From NCBI GenBank assembly GCA_030390025.1, contig CM059425.1, positions 163,868,001 to 163,932,000 on the forward strand: a stretch of 64,000 bases of DNA. Reading direction: 5' to 3'. The stretch is from Squalus acanthias. Lineage: Eukaryota. Below are positions 62,299-64,000 of the stretch, piece after piece. Each line of letters begins with the position of its first letter. The stretch's first letter is position 1. Made by a program: the position numbers and the translations under genes. Under the pieces are notes generated by a model, which was not told the DNA's origin, searched no databases, and saw nothing but the letters and a program-made list of their open reading frames with translations.

Positions 62299-64000
62299 GG
62301 CCTAGAATTAGATACTGCTAGAAAACGGGTGCAGGCACCCTGATGCCCATGCCCATTCAAAAAGTGCAGGCAGCAAGTCAATTTCATGCTGCCTGCTAAC
62401 TACCATGATTGTAGCGCACAGCCTAGCACAGAACGCACTGCTGACAGTCTGTGCACTCAGCAGGGGGCCAAAGTTTGCGTTGCTGAAGTGAGGCTAGCTT
62501 CACTTAAAGCTAGCCTGCTCCTCCTAAAGGCAGTCTGCAGGTCTTAAAGCTGAGCTGCCTTCTGCAGGTAAAAAATTTAAAATTGCTTCAGCACTAGGCA
62601 GTCTGCACCTCTTAAAGGTGAGCTGCCCTCTGCTGATCAAAAATGCTAAAAGTGCTTCAGCACCAACCCAAATGGCTCAGCAGGCCACGGAAAGGGCACC
62701 CAGGGTCTCAGACGCACCACTCGAGCTTTGTGCAGGGGGTCAACACTGGAAGAGAGGTCCTCTACCCACAGGGGGTCAGGAGGCCCTCCAGAAAGAAGGA
62801 TGTGGGACCAGATCACCGAGGCGGTCACTGCCAGCAGTGTCGCTCCAGTGACCAAAGAAGTTTCATGACCTCAGATGAGTGGGCAAGGTCAGTGAATGCA
62901 TCTTCAAAAGCCGTCTCCTACCAACTGCACCATTAGCCTCACATACTGCTCAATGCACGACGGCACCCCACCCCCCTCGCCACCATCACTCACCTACCAA
63001 CAATCTCTACCAAATACGAGGAACACCTCACATTCCTAGCTTCACCTCACCTCCTTGGAGGAGATGGTGCTGGCCATTCTTGGCAGGGGCATGGCTGAGC
63101 CCTTAGCCAGCGGTGGGGCTGAAAGAATACAAGATGCCGGTATCCTCATATGTTATCCTCCTTCTCACATCCCACTTCCCCCTCATCCCACAATCTCTTC
63201 TGATTTACAAGGTGCACATGATGGAAGCATGCACCTCTTGCTTTACCCCCTCCCCTCACTACAACCCTTCCTCATTTCAGACACCCAAGAAATCCAGCTT
63301 ATCCAGCCATTGGTTGACCAACAAGAGGGAGAGGAGAGTGAAGAAGAAGAAGAAGAAACACCATCACTCGATTTCACACTCCCAGCTACCAGCTCCTCGA
63401 GGTTGTCCTGCAAGGCCATCTGCAGTGTCCCCCACTGAAAGTCAGCAGCCTTCCACCTGCTATGCAGCAGCCACTGGGGTAGCACTGTGTGACATCAGTA
63501 GGATAGGCAAAGACACACGCAAGACAGTCACAAGGGTGATTAGTTGATTTTTGATGTAATATTAGATGCATACATAGATAAAGTTGGATTGGAAAGTTTG
63601 CTTTGTGATAGTTTTTACTTCAGCAGTGTGGCCAAGAGGATGCTGTGATGGTCAGTAACAGAGGGAAGGTAAGGTGTGGAACTAATGTTGAAAGGGGAAT
63701 TGGGATTGTGTTCACTGGGACCGCATGCGGATGATTCGATCCTGGATATCCTGGCCAGAAAGGGGCTGTCTGGGTTGCATCCTTCCTTCCGCTTCCTCCT
63801 CTTCTGCTTTTTCTTCTTCTGCTTTTTCCTCTCCTGCTTCCTCCTCCCTCTGTAAACAGCTTGTCCCCTTTGCTGCCTCTGCTCCATCTCCATGTGATGC
63901 TGCAGCCCAAGGGGGTCTGCAACTAGAGCCCCAGGACTGGGAGCAAGTGATGTTCTCAGAGGCCTTCCTTTAATAGCCAAAGCCTTGCCAGCATCCAGCA
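62299..64000. mobile_element. Non-autonomous Harbinger derivative, runs off the window
   Basis: Collinear with 54151-55830; TIR ggcctagaatt. Confidence 0.85.

Overview
Vertebrate DNA, most likely from a cartilaginous fish (inferred from HE1-like V-SINE, Deu-domain SINEs and HER1/CR1-type LINEs). I recognise no host protein-coding exon; the window is dominated by nested transposable elements. It holds two near-full-length CR1 LINEs and many CR1 fragments, PIF/Harbinger elements (transposase plus spliced Myb/SANT-like gene remnants) with MITEs, four SINE types, a solo LTR and a ~1.5 kb tandem triplication. The main highlight is a set of Penelope-like elements (PLEs) carrying minimal type I hammerhead ribozyme (HHR) motifs. 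These include one young, intact 916-codon RT + GIY-YIG element with pseudo-LTRs, and several 130-210 bp ribozyme-only or fold-back insertions with target-site duplications (TSDs, mostly 12-13 bp). Their breakpoints repeatedly fall at the 5' edge of the ribozyme core. All family assignments are by eye, and boundaries of old repeats are approximate.
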